DNA of 64,000 nt from Bacteroidia bacterium. Its GTDB lineage: Bacteria; Bacteroidota; Bacteroidia; NS11-12g; UBA9320. Positions 9,203-20,500 of the stretch are shown one piece after another (within the stretch, counting starts at the first letter, position 1; every line of letters starts with the position of its first letter). Position numbers and translations under genes: made by a program. Below the pieces are notes generated by a model. That model did no database searches. It was not told the DNA's origin and was given only the letters and a program-made list of their open reading frames with translations. The stretch spans positions 608,001-672,000 of the forward strand of contig CBDCFW010000005.1 in NCBI GenBank assembly GCA_965216465.1, given 5' to 3'.

Positions 9203-9786
9203 TTAGTGTTAATCTTAAAGTGATATCCTAATTCAATATTGACCAAGGGTACAATTGCTCGGCTGTATGGGTAAAGGGCAGTGACATTTACACGTGCATG
9301 CCAGCCATTGTCTGGCTTCTTTTTATTTACGCGTCCAATACCCGCACTTGCACTCGAAGCCAGATAAAATCTACCAGGGAGAAACACTTTATTAATTTCT
9401 CCATCTTCATCAACCTTGTACGTTTCGGGAAGAAATGATCTGTATACACCCATGGGTTCTAGCGACGAAGAAATATTAAACCGATTGGGATAAAGCTTCT
9501 TTTTTGACCAGCCTGCAGTTATAAAAACTCCGGTATGTGCTCCGTTGTCACGGTAGCCATTAAGGCTAGCCGAATAGGATTTCAGAATTTCTAAGTCTTT
9601 ACCTTTTTTCGTTTTGGTGAACTGATCTTTGGGACTTTCAACACCCAACCTCATGCCTTCATTCCAAAGATTGTTTCCAAAATAGCTGATGGTATAGCTG
9701 AGTTCTTCTTTGTTAATTTCAAGGAATCTTTGCGCAAAGCCATAGGAGCTAAGAATAATTAGAATCAAAAGTTGAGCGATACGCAT
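9199..9786 (-). CDS. Putative small outer-membrane beta-barrel protein, coupled to the hydrolase
   Basis: Signal peptide (GFA/Q), amphipathic strands, C-terminal IELGYHF. Its stop overlaps the hydrolase start as ATGA (9199-9202). Confidence 0.6.
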   Translation of the reverse strand: MRIAQLLILIILSSYGFAQRFLEINKEELSYTISYFGNNLWNEGMRLGVESPKDQFTKTKKGKDLEILKSYSASLNGYRDNGAHTGVFITAGWSKKKLYPNRFNISSSLEPMGVYRSFLPETYKVDEDGEINKVFLPGRFYLASSASAGIGRVNKKKPDNGWHARVNVTALYPYSRAIVPLVNIELGYHFKINTK

Positions 9787-9824
9787 TCAACAAATGTACA
9801 GGAATAACCGATTTATCGGTCGAC

Positions 9825-12248
9825 CTAAAAATTCACCTTATAGTACAGAATTGGCAAGAATGCCAATTGTGGTTGTTCAATCAATCGTTTTGTGCCTGGT
9901 TTATCTGGATTGTTCGCATAAACTACGGTCAACAGATTTTCATGGTTGGTAACATTAACTAGATCCAATGCTATTTCGTGGCTCGCTTTCTTTCCATTGA
10001 TTACGTAACCAAACTTCACATCCCATCTGAAATAAGCTGGAAATTGCAAGCTGTTTCTTTCGCTGTCGATGAAGTGAACATTTATACCATCTTCAATTGT
10101 CTTAGCTGAATCTACCGGTGAATGACGTCTGCCCCCACCGTAGGTTAATTTTGTACCGAATTGAAGAACATTCTTTCCGTTTGGACCTACTTCCTTTTCA
10201 TATCCGCCCAGTATGTTAACGATATAGTTACCATTGAAATCTGTGTTGCGGGTTACTCCATCCTTGCCTTCATACTTTGAATCAAAAAGTGATGCACTGG
10301 TTAAAAAGAAGAAGTTTTTGCTAAAGAATTTCTCTAAGGTCAACTCTGTTCCGTAATTTGTTCCTGTACCGGTATTTTCAAGCACCCCAGGAAAAAACCG
10401 AACAAATCCACTTCCTTGATTGATTAAGCTAAACGACCCTCCACTTGCCTCAACGGGAATATTAAATAGTCGTTGATAGTACGCCTCAATCTTCATTCGA
10501 AACATCTTACTGAGCACAAGATCGTATGCCCCAACAAAGTGATGACTTTTGCTTAATCCTAAATCTTCGTTATGGGTATCAATAGTCGGATTGGTTGGAT
10601 TTACCGCACTGTCAGACATGAGTGTGTAGTAAATATAATTAGGCTGGGTTCTACTATGAAGTCCATAAGCAACACTTGCACTAGACTTTTCATTTATGGT
10701 ATACTTGAAGCCCAAGCGAGGTTCGACGGCCACTTCATTATTCTTCGAAAAGTACAAGGTATGCAAACCGCTGTTCATCACTAAGCGGCTATTAATTCTG
10801 TATTTGTGACTCACATAGGCTCTTGCCATGGCATACTGGTCATTTGCATCCAAACGAGTCACCCAATTTTCGACATATTCATTGGTTGAGCTATCTTCAT
10901 ATCGAACTTGAAACAAGTCTCCTATCACACCAAATTTCAAACGATTTCGAGCGTTGAATTTTTTGTTCATACTCCAGTGGATGGCAGTTTTGCCTTCATA
11001 CATCTTATATGCTTGCACGGGGTAAATAGAATCTAGAATTAAGTTGTCGCTCAGTGCAGCTACAGAATCCCACACCAAAAACTCATGTATTGAATTAATT
11101 TGTTGTGCGGACTGTGCAATGGTCAACTTGCTTGCCCATTCATTCTCAAAAAACTTCTTGTGGGTTACACCTACCGTGAAGGTATTTGTTGTAAAATATT
11201 GATCACGATCGTTTAGACCGTATAAGTCATTAGTTGGAACAGTATCGTCGGAAAACACGATATCGATGTTCGAAAGCCCTCCTACTCCCCAGACATCTAA
11301 TGAAGCTTTATTCTTCATAGGAAAATGCAGTTTAAAAGAAGCGTCTTGATACTGCGGAACGGCATCGGTTCCCAACTTAAAATCGATGGCTTCAAATGCC
11401 GCAAATGTTGAATATCGATAAGCCGCTAAATAGGTCGAACCCTTCTTTTTATTGATTGGACCTTCACTCATTAGCTCAAGGCCGAAGACCCCAATTTGAG
11501 CAGTGTGCTCATGTCTATCTCTGTTTCCGTTACGCATTCGAATGTCAAACACCCCACTAAGTGCATTGCCATACTCTCCGCTGAATGCTCCTGTCATAAA
11601 ATCAGAATGACTAATGGTTTTGTTGTTTAGGATAGAAATAGGTCCGCCAGATGATCCAGCAATTGCATAGTGGCTTGGGTTAGGGATATCAATGCCTTCG
11701 AAACGCCATAGTAATCCAAGAGGTGAATTTCCTCTTACTACGATGTCATTTCTACTGTCGTCTGTACCTTGAACCCCGGCGTAATTACTCACCATTCTCG
11801 CAGGGTCTTGACGACTGGCTGGATAGCGTTCTGCTTCTTCGGCATTAAACGTTCTGCTGCTCAAGGTAGCCATGTCGTTGTACGAACCAATTCTTTTTGT
11901 GCCACTTACCACAACAGAACCTATCTCTGCTGACTTTTCAACCATCTCAAGAGGAACGTACGTTTCTTTTCCGCTATAGACCGCAATATTATCTAAGCTT
12001 AAATCTTCATAACCCACATATGTTGCTGTTATTGCATACTTTCCTATTGTTAAACCTTCTATTTTAAAATAGCCTTGCTCATCGGATATAGCATTTTTTA
12101 CAGTCTCTCCTTTTAGAGCGATAACCACACCAACCAGAGGTGTTTTTGAGTCGGTATCTAACACACGACCCTTTAAATTTTGCAAGGTTTGTGCCGGGCT
12201 AGAAATCGTGAAAAAGAAAAGAAGAAGAACAGGTAATATTTGTTTCAT
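9825..12248 (-). CDS. TonB-dependent receptor, paralogue of 5667..8081
   Basis: DPARMVSNYAGV, NDIVVRGNSP, FSGEYGNALSGVFD and C-terminal YKVNF. Confidence 0.92.
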   Translation of the reverse strand: MKQILPVLLLFFFTISSPAQTLQNLKGRVLDTDSKTPLVGVVIALKGETVKNAISDEQGYFKIEGLTIGKYAITATYVGYEDLSLDNIAVYSGKETYVPLEMVEKSAEIGSVVVSGTKRIGSYNDMATLSSRTFNAEEAERYPASRQDPARMVSNYAGVQGTDDSRNDIVVRGNSPLGLLWRFEGIDIPNPSHYAIAGSSGGPISILNNKTISHSDFMTGAFSGEYGNALSGVFDIRMRNGNRDRHEHTAQIGVFGLELMSEGPINKKKGSTYLAAYRYSTFAAFEAIDFKLGTDAVPQYQDASFKLHFPMKNKASLDVWGVGGLSNIDIVFSDDTVPTNDLYGLNDRDQYFTTNTFTVGVTHKKFFENEWASKLTIAQSAQQINSIHEFLVWDSVAALSDNLILDSIYPVQAYKMYEGKTAIHWSMNKKFNARNRLKFGVIGDLFQVRYEDSSTNEYVENWVTRLDANDQYAMARAYVSHKYRINSRLVMNSGLHTLYFSKNNEVAVEPRLGFKYTINEKSSASVAYGLHSRTQPNYIYYTLMSDSAVNPTNPTIDTHNEDLGLSKSHHFVGAYDLVLSKMFRMKIEAYYQRLFNIPVEASGGSFSLINQGSGFVRFFPGVLENTGTGTNYGTELTLEKFFSKNFFFLTSASLFDSKYEGKDGVTRNTDFNGNYIVNILGGYEKEVGPNGKNVLQFGTKLTYGGGRRHSPVDSAKTIEDGINVHFIDSERNSLQFPAYFRWDVKFGYVINGKKASHEIALDLVNVTNHENLLTVVYANNPDKPGTKRLIEQPQLAFLPILYYKVNF

Positions 12249-12770
12249 ATCGTTGTTGGTTTAAACAAATTTAGATTTTATTTACAAATGCTGAAATAGA
12301 CGAGTTTATCAGAGAATCTTTGGCGGACCGTCCTTTGCAGCTATAGCAAAGAGTCTCATCTCTACCAAATAAATCACTCATAACATCCTGATATTTAAAC
12401 AACTATGGCCCTTACCCCCTAAATACATCTATGCATAAACTCAACAAGGCTGCAAATTTTAGACTAAGAATCTGATGGATGCATATTTTTCGATTGCAAG
12501 TAGTAAATCTCTTACGTTGTAAACTCCGCCGTTGAAATCTGACTGTTCCTCCTTCTTACTTAATTAATCAATTAGCAATTTTCATTAAGCCTTTCTCACC
12601 CAATTCAATCTCTAAGAAAATTTAACAATTTCCACAACAAGTTCTGAATAATACTAATGTGAATGTCGCCTAAAATATTTCCTTATATTTGAGACACATA
12701 GAACTCTGAAGTCTAGGTAGTAGACATTACTATCAAGACAGTAATTTCAATTTAGACCAACCTTATTATT

Positions 12771-15700
12771 ATGAAAATCAATATTCTCTTTACCTTGCTT
12801 CTACTATCTTATCATTCATTTGGTCAACTTCCAGAGATTTTAAAATACCATCATTTTTCATCATTCTCTGAAAATCAAATTGATTTAATTTCTAACAATT
12901 GGGACGAGTTTTTTTTACAGGACATATCAGATTCTTTTGACTCAAAGGTTGATTTAAATCCACTTTTTGTTGATAGCTATGGATGCATTTACCCAGATTT
13001 CAAGCTGTTTACAGGGCTTAAACGCAAAGATTTTTTAAGAGGTAATTCAGTCCCTGATGTTAGACAACCGAAATACTCTTTGTATCAATTTATGAGTATC
13101 CCCAAGGTGAGAAAACAGTTTAAAGCAAATTTACTTATATATGAGGAAAACGAATCTATAAGAAACCAATATCTAAATATACTATCCCTTTTTGACCACC
13201 CCAATTTTATAAAGTACTCAAGAATCAAAGATATTTGTGGATATGAAGGTCATTTATGCCAGGTGGACTACCAAACTCAAAAATTTAATGAGGCTTGGAG
13301 GCTATTGCATGAAGGAATGTGGATGGAGAAATTAAATCAAAATTTCAGCAACTCAAATAAACAGTACAGTCACATTCAATTCTTCATTCATGGATTTAAC
13401 GTACCGCAAAGTCTGGCAACTTTGCAGGCTCTGGCAGTAAACACACACCTCGATTCTATGACCAAAGTTTCAGAGACTGGCATTTCCTATTTAGACAGCA
13501 CCCTTGTGGTTCCAATATACTGGCCTTCAAACAACAAAAAGAAGTTCTCGGTACCAAGTCAAACTAGGCTTCAAAAGATTCACAACGATTATTGCGGAGA
13601 GAAACGAAATCGAAAAATCCGGAGAGAACTAAACAAATTTACTATTGCTAATAAAGCCTCAATATTCAATGGGGGCATTAACAATATGCGCAAGTTTACC
13701 CGCTATTCACAACATGCACTAGAAGTTTCATTTCTTCTTCGAAGGATACTTAACGACTTAGATGACAGCATATCTGTTTCAATTTTTGCTCATAGTTTTG
13801 GAACCGTAGCAGCAACTAGTTCTGTAATAAACACAGTCTCAAGATTGCAGGGGTCGACACGAAAAAACACTATATACTTTAACAATCATGATTCTCTAGA
13901 CTGGGAAAGCAAATCGTTAACAAACTTAAGGGACCTAAATTTAACGAGATACTGCTTTGAACAATTTAAAAAATACCCAATTCCATCGAGAAGTGTGTCA
14001 GTTTACCTAAGTGCTCCGGCAATCCCTGGTCAAAACACTTTCAATGATATGTCTGCAAATAAGGATCTATATCAGAATAAGAAATTTTATGTAAGTGCAA
14101 ATCTACTTGACCCCATGTTAAATAAATCTATGATAAATATCTTGCACTATGTAAACTTAACTAATGCTATAAAGAAGGGTTCAACTACTTTTGGGAGTAA
14201 TTTTGAAGGTGAATTAGATAGTGTTGTTAATATTTTTCAAGATCTTGGCATCCCTGAAAATATTAGTTATGAAAAAATATATTTAAAGGATCATGATATT
14301 TTCTTGTATTTGGAGGACAAGAATTACATTTCTTTAACTAAGCAATTCTTAAGATTACAAAGTGATCCTATAATAGATACTTTTGAACTATTTAAACAAG
14401 AATACAAGAAAATTTATGATGAAAATTTTGCTTCTTCAGACGATCGATTAAGGAAAATTTTTCGAAATGTTAACTACAGGGAAAGGAATATAGTAGGCGA
14501 ACCTCTAAAGACCTTAATTTTTGACGTGGAAAGAAGAAGCAAGACGTTTTACAGTAATCAAATCTCGAACGAAACTCGCAGATTACTGTCTTATGTTAAA
14601 GAACCTTATGTCCTGGTTTTGTTGGAAAGATCGATTAACGATAATGAATCTCAATTCATAAACAACGATAGCACAAATCTTATCTTCTTTAGATCTAAAA
14701 TTTTAGATGAAACCAGCAGGTTTATCCATCTCTCTATGACCGAAGAGTATCCTTACTATACGTACAAAAGCAAATTAAAAAACCCTATAAACTTTTTCTC
14801 ATTTCGAACAGGAAATGACCTTTTTGCCACGCTATGGTCAGCAAATTATGACCGTGACTATACTGGCAATATGCTTCTTGAGATTGGAACCGACTATTTA
14901 AATACATATAGGCGAAGACCAATCAAATCTTATCAAACCGTACTTTGGGGTTTTGATGTCTACACACCTCATTTTACTGATACTGAGAAGTTTACAGACT
15001 TCGACAGTTATGACAGTTTAGACCGACCTCATGCTTCATTTCAGTATATTGGTTGGAGTAAAAAATGTCTTTCGAAATACAATAAATTACGCTGGAGTAC
15101 AACCATAAAATTAGGAAAAATTGGTGGAAGAATTGGAGAAACTTTTCAAACTCTATCTCATCAGGATATTTCTAAAAGTTTAAGACCAAAAGGATGGGAT
15201 GCACAGATTGCAAATGGTGGAAGACTGGGTTTCTCTTTTGAAACAAAGCATGAATACCAATTTAGTCTTAACAAAGATGCGAAATCCAGAAGTGGGCTGG
15301 ACAAATTTTATACCGGACCTATATTTGAAATGAAATTTGGATCTTACATGACAAATGCAGGAATTGGCTGGCAATTAGGAAATAAGTCTTTTAAAGATTG
15401 TAATCACAACTACATTACTCACAGAACAAAACATGCTACAAGGCATTGGCTAGAAAACTTCAGATACAATCTATCATTTACAGGCATCTATGTACAACAC
15501 AATTCGATGCTCCAGGGCTATGGATTTATTGATACTTCATTCGCTGTCGTTGATGACATACACACTCCAAATAGCAAGTATGTTTTACAAAATCATCAAG
15601 TTCGACGTTTTATTTGGAACGGCAAAGTTTCGGTGTCATATACGGCCATGCATTTTACTTTTTTTACAAATGCTCTATTTCTTAGTCCGGAAACAAAGTT

Positions 15701-15803
15701 AGGTAATCTAAGGAATGAAACTTATCGAAACAGTCCGAATATAGATATAGGAAAAAGAGTTCACAATTTTGTAGAAATAGGAGTCACATTTAATGTAAAG
15801 TAA
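12771..15803 (+). CDS. Fusion of a DUF900-like alpha/beta hydrolase and an LpxR/DUF2219-like lipid A deacylase beta-barrel
   Basis: Signal peptide. N-half: FFIHGFN, AHSFG, LSAPAI, LLDPML and DHD. C-third: GNDLF, DRDYT, DRPHASF, LGKIG, QTLSH, PKGWDAQI and terminal EIGVTF. Confidence 0.7.
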   Translation: MKINILFTLLLLSYHSFGQLPEILKYHHFSSFSENQIDLISNNWDEFFLQDISDSFDSKVDLNPLFVDSYGCIYPDFKLFTGLKRKDFLRGNSVPDVRQPKYSLYQFMSIPKVRKQFKANLLIYEENESIRNQYLNILSLFDHPNFIKYSRIKDICGYEGHLCQVDYQTQKFNEAWRLLHEGMWMEKLNQNFSNSNKQYSHIQFFIHGFNVPQSLATLQALAVNTHLDSMTKVSETGISYLDSTLVVPIYWPSNNKKKFSVPSQTRLQKIHNDYCGEKRNRKIRRELNKFTIANKASIFNGGINNMRKFTRYSQHALEVSFLLRRILNDLDDSISVSIFAHSFGTVAATSSVINTVSRLQGSTRKNTIYFNNHDSLDWESKSLTNLRDLNLTRYCFEQFKKYPIPSRSVSVYLSAPAIPGQNTFNDMSANKDLYQNKKFYVSANLLDPMLNKSMINILHYVNLTNAIKKGSTTFGSNFEGELDSVVNIFQDLGIPENISYEKIYLKDHDIFLYLEDKNYISLTKQFLRLQSDPIIDTFELFKQEYKKIYDENFASSDDRLRKIFRNVNYRERNIVGEPLKTLIFDVERRSKTFYSNQISNETRRLLSYVKEPYVLVLLERSINDNESQFINNDSTNLIFFRSKILDETSRFIHLSMTEEYPYYTYKSKLKNPINFFSFRTGNDLFATLWSANYDRDYTGNMLLEIGTDYLNTYRRRPIKSYQTVLWGFDVYTPHFTDTEKFTDFDSYDSLDRPHASFQYIGWSKKCLSKYNKLRWSTTIKLGKIGGRIGETFQTLSHQDISKSLRPKGWDAQIANGGRLGFSFETKHEYQFSLNKDAKSRSGLDKFYTGPIFEMKFGSYMTNAGIGWQLGNKSFKDCNHNYITHRTKHATRHWLENFRYNLSFTGIYVQHNSMLQGYGFIDTSFAVVDDIHTPNSKYVLQNHQVRRFIWNGKVSVSYTAMHFTFFTNALFLSPETKLGNLRNETYRNSPNIDIGKRVHNFVEIGVTFNVK

Positions 15804-15946
15804 TAAGAGCAAATTTGGAATAGTGATTTACAACAAACCGATTCGATTCTTAAGCCCTTAGATTCTCCTATCATACACTTATGATAATTGTTTTAATCTT
15901 GGATCTCAGATAGAATTTTGTAAGTATATCCTCTATCTCGATACCT

Positions 15947-17287
15947 CTACTCCTTAACCAAGGTCTTCACTCCAACACCACCCTCAGTCGACACTTTTAT
16001 AAAATACAACCCTGAAGGCAAGTCGCTGATGTCTACCAGCATTTCACTTAATTTCTTATCAATAAGTACTTTGCCCGTTGATTCTAAAACTTGAAGGGTG
16101 GCCTCTCCTTTTAAGTCTTCGAGACCCATAATTTGCACTTGATTTTGTGCTGGATTAGGAACAAGATTCATACGATATCCATAGTCAAGCGTAAATGTCC
16201 CTGCCTTTGGATTGTAAATCTCTACATCTTCAATAATGCCACCTCCTACAGATGCACCTCCAATTATATAGAGCTGATTATTATGCACTTCAATTCTGTG
16301 GTTCATTCTATCGAAAAACATATTTAGAGTGCTCCATTCTCCAGTTGGGATATCGTATACATCGATCTGCAATGTAGACGATGTATAGCCAAATTTCCCC
16401 ATATCAAAGTTCCCGCCTCCAACAAAATAGAGTTTGTCGTCAATGGCACAGCCCAATGCCCCATAACGAGCAGTGACCATATGGGTAGTATCCCAGGTGC
16501 TGCCATCGTAAATATCAACTACCGAAGCTAATCCTTCACCTCCTGTTCCTCCTCCTGCAAAATAAAACTTACCTTCGTGGTAAACCGCACTCGGGAAGCT
16601 TCTCGCAACAGATAGCGAATCAATGGTCCAAGTTGCCTGGTTCACATTGTAGATTTCTATAATCTTTTCTGGATGACTTAACGTTTCTTGTCCTCCTGCA
16701 AAAAATATCAAACTATCGTTGTGTGCCACACCCATAGAGCTTCTCGGAACGCTCAAACTATCTTTAGACCAGGTGTCCGTTTCTTCATCGTAAATAAAAA
16801 TGTACTTACTTGAAATTACTTCATTGGTTGCAAACGTATATTTCTCTAATCCACCTGTAAAAATGACCTTAGACCCAACTACTACGCCGGCTGATAGCGT
16901 TATGTTCTTTCCTAGATCATGAGAAGACCAGGTTCCAGAATTAAAGTTAAATATCTCAACCGTACGAAGACCAACAACGGGCGAAGCCCAAGATTGGTTC
17001 CCTCCAACAACGTACATTGCTTTATTAGTCACTGCAGATCCAGCAAAGATTCTACCATCATTCATAGTCAACTCTCCAACCCAGATTCCTACCACAGGAT
17101 CATAAATCTGCACCTTTTCTGAGGATCCATTTCCATTGTTGCCACCAATAACGTAGATGCTATCGCCATGAGTAAATGTAGATAGTTGTACTACTGGAGT
17201 TTGCAAAATGGTATAGTCCCATTGAGCCAATCCAGCAAACGAAAAAATTAGAAAAAGTGTAGTTAATAGGGGTAATTTCAGTTTCAT
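15947..17287 (-). CDS. Kelch-repeat protein with T9SS type A C-terminal domain
   Basis: Repeated YVIGG/FAGG...EIYD...W kelch motifs and C-terminal PNPAQN...LPSGLYFIKV...KTLVKE. Likely start MKLKLP at 17287. Confidence 0.88.
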   Translation of the reverse strand: MKLKLPLLTTLFLIFSFAGLAQWDYTILQTPVVQLSTFTHGDSIYVIGGNNGNGSSEKVQIYDPVVGIWVGELTMNDGRIFAGSAVTNKAMYVVGGNQSWASPVVGLRTVEIFNFNSGTWSSHDLGKNITLSAGVVVGSKVIFTGGLEKYTFATNEVISSKYIFIYDEETDTWSKDSLSVPRSSMGVAHNDSLIFFAGGQETLSHPEKIIEIYNVNQATWTIDSLSVARSFPSAVYHEGKFYFAGGGTGGEGLASVVDIYDGSTWDTTHMVTARYGALGCAIDDKLYFVGGGNFDMGKFGYTSSTLQIDVYDIPTGEWSTLNMFFDRMNHRIEVHNNQLYIIGGASVGGGIIEDVEIYNPKAGTFTLDYGYRMNLVPNPAQNQVQIMGLEDLKGEATLQVLESTGKVLIDKKLSEMLVDISDLPSGLYFIKVSTEGGVGVKTLVKE

Positions 17288-17493
17288 ATCGGTTAGGTAA
17301 GTACTGCAATATACAAAAAACACCCATCGTCTAGTTGTTATAAGAATCATCATAAAGCTATACACAACAAGAAAAAATGGAATAGCTAAATACTTAAAGG
17401 ATATCAAAAGATCATGTTTATTTTTTTTATCATACGGGACTCAAATATGAAGAATAATTCAGCTAACATTCAGATTAGCAGCATGTTATTAAC

Positions 17494-17536
17494 AAAAGTC
17501 AAAAAGCATCAAAAACCATCAAAAACCGCCTAAAAA
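17494..17536 (-). promoter_or_regulatory. Tandem 10-bp direct-repeat array (TTTTTGAYRS on the minus strand), candidate response-regulator site
   Basis: Plus strand reads aaaagtc aaaaagcatc aaaaaccatc aaaaaccgcc taaaaa. Confidence 0.55.
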
Positions 17537-17560
17537 ATTCAGCTACTTGCTTGCATTCTT

Positions 17561-17568
17561 TAAGTTTG
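17561..17568 (+). promoter_or_regulatory. Bacteroidota -7 promoter element
   Basis: TAAGTTTG matches TAnnTTTG, 7 nt before the kinase ATG. Confidence 0.55.
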
Positions 17569-17575
17569 TGAATTA

Positions 17576-20500
17576 ATGCGAGGCCTTCGTTTCATATATG
17601 TATTGACTTTTCTTTGGTTTTGTTCGCTACAACTTGGTGCACAAATTGAGTTGCCTGCCTTTCAAGAATTGCAAGTCAGCTCAGGAAATTGGGCAGGGAA
17701 ATTCAGCTTTAAAACACATTGCGTAACTAAAGATCAAGATGGTTTTTTATGGATCGGAACCGAGCAAGGTGCATTTCGATACGATGGCTATGAGCTCAAA
17801 GCTTACCGACACATCCCTGACGACTCTCAAAGCATTGCATCAAATTATGTTTTCGAAATACTCTGCGACCGAAATGGCGATCTTTGGTTTGGTACTCGAA
17901 ATGGTGTTTCATGCCTAAAAAAGGGAGAATCTAGCTTCTCTTCTTTTCTCTCATACAGAGCTGAGGGTAAAGTGAATTACATTGAAGATTTGGTTCAAGA
18001 TCAACATGGTACACTGTGGTTTGCTGGTACACAAGGACTATTCTCAAAGAAACCAGGGGATTCAATCCGGTTAATTGAAACTTTGAGTCAACCCGTTTTT
18101 TGTTTAACGATTCACCATAATAATTTATGGATGGGAGTTCGAGAAGGAATGCATATTCTTGACTTAAGCACTTACAAGCATCGATTTCAAAAAGTATCAA
18201 AGGAAGTATTTAATGGCTTAATGCCAGATGTATTAGATATTCTAGCATGGAATGACAATCTATTTTATTTGGCTTCCTATGCTGGTGTTGTTCAATTTGA
18301 TCTTTCTACAACCACATTTGAACTTCTTCCTATACACAAGCATCCAAACTTTGAACCCCAGCAACAAGTGGTTGGTAAGGTAGCCAATTTAGTCATGGAT
18401 TTGGACCGCTTAGGAGATGAGCTATGGGTGGCTTATAGATTTCTGGGCGTCACTGCCTATAATCCTGAAACTAAGAATAACAAAGCTTATACGCATAACA
18501 TTACAGATAAACACAGCCTTCTAAGTGACCGTACTTACTCGCTTTATACTAGCAATGATGGGTTAATCTGGATTTCTACTTTTAAAGGTATTCAGTCGTT
18601 TAACCCCAAAAGGCTCATGTATAATTTTGTGTTGAAATCTGGTCATTTAGATAAAGAAAACTTTGTTTCAAACCTTACCATCACCAATGACAATCACTGT
18701 TGGATAGGGACTGCTCAAGGTTTTTATAGTTCTCCAAGCTTAGGCAAACCTGCTACTAAATGGATTCATGGAGGTTCATCAGCAAATCGTTTGCGAACCA
18801 AAGACGCCAATGTGTATGTAGAAGACCATCATGGAAACCTGTGGATTGGTGGCAACCGTCAAGGACTTTTCGTGATAGGAAAGGATCGAACAACTGGAAG
18901 ACGATTAAACTTGGGCAAGTCTGAAGAAGGTTGGGTTATACATCAAATGGAAATAAATCCAACAGATCCTTCAGAGCTGTGGATGGCCAGTAACGCAGGT
19001 CTCTATTGCTTAAATATGGATACTAAAGAATGGAAGCCTTTTTTAAACACTTCTGAGATACTCTCTGCACGCCAATCCTTCTTTTGCATAGATAGCAAGG
19101 GCCTAATTTACGGTCAAAGCAATGGCCAAGTCTACACCTATCAGCCAGAAAATGGCACGCTAAAAATCTATGACAATTTACTTCCAGTTGGGCAAACGTA
19201 TGGAGTAGAATTGGGTCAAGAGGGTATTATTTGGGTTGCTCATGCCAATGGTCTGCTTAAGGTTAATCTAAGCGAGAACAGAATCTCTAACCTATTTGAT
19301 TCTTTAGAGTTGGTACCCCAAGATGTATTTGGATTGTATGTAGATGGATCAAAGCTTTGGTTTACGACCAAAAGAAGCATAAACAGACTTGGTACCGAAA
19401 GTATGGAGCTTGAGCAATTCAGAGTTCCACCTTCGAGCTACCAACGCTTCTATAAAAATGCTATTGTGAAACATAATAACCTAATGCTGTTTGGCGGAAT
19501 AGATGGGATTACAGCACTAAATATTCATCGCATAAAACACGCCCCTAATGGCCGAAAAGTGAAACTAATTGAGGCTTTTGCTGGAGAATCAAAACTTAAT
19601 TTATTCGAAAATTCACACACATTTAAAGCGACTGACAATAACATTAAAGTACGTTTTAGCTCTTTAGATTTTACAGGAATAGAAAACAGAAATTACGCTT
19701 ACCGGCTAGTAGGATTAGCAGACGAATGGATAGAAACTGACTTACCAGAGATTAGTTTTTACCAACTACCAGCGGGAAAATATCACTTTGAAGTAAAAAC
19801 AACTGGATCAGAACAAGTAAGCAGAATAGATTTTGAAATACAACAAGTGTTTTGGCGAACTCCACTATTTTATGGGATAATACTTGTTTTAATACTCATC
19901 GTTTCGTTGATCTTTTGGCGTCTGTATCAAGCTCAACTCGATCAGCGACAGCAACGTGAAATGGCTGAGCAACGTATGCTTTATAAATCCAAGTTTCTGG
20001 CTAATATGAGTCATGAAATTCGTACTCCACTAAATGCCATAATTGGCATGAATAAATTGTTGGGTAAAACTTCACTAAGTAGCGAACAAAACCGCTGGGT
20101 ATCGGCTATGGACAAATCATCCGAACAGTTGTTAAGAATGGTAAATGACATTCTCGATCAGGAGCGAATTGAACGAGGGATCTACAACTTTGAACAATCA
20201 AGATTTACATTTGAAGAAGTGTTAAAAAACTTCTCCGATACCTTTACACCAAAAGCCTTAGCAAAAGGCATCAATCTCAGCATCAAAGTCGATCCAGTTG
20301 TTCCTTCGCACTTGGTTGGTGACCCCCAACGACTATTACAGGTTTTGAATAATTTGGGAAGCAATGCGATTAAATTTACTGACTCAGGTAAGGTAAGCCT
20401 AGCAGTAAATGTTAAGTCCATATCAGCATCCACTGCTCATCTCATTTTCACTGTTTCTGACACAGGTAGAGGTATCCACCCAGCCAAACAAAACAGGATA

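Noticed and set aside
5667-12248. SusC/SusD polysaccharide utilisation locus
   Set aside because: The receptors lack SusC signature motifs and no SusD-like gene is adjacent.
12249-12770. Hidden gene or RNA in the 520-bp divergent gap
   Set aside because: I saw no ORF with a credible start and no convincing stem. It reads as promoter DNA.
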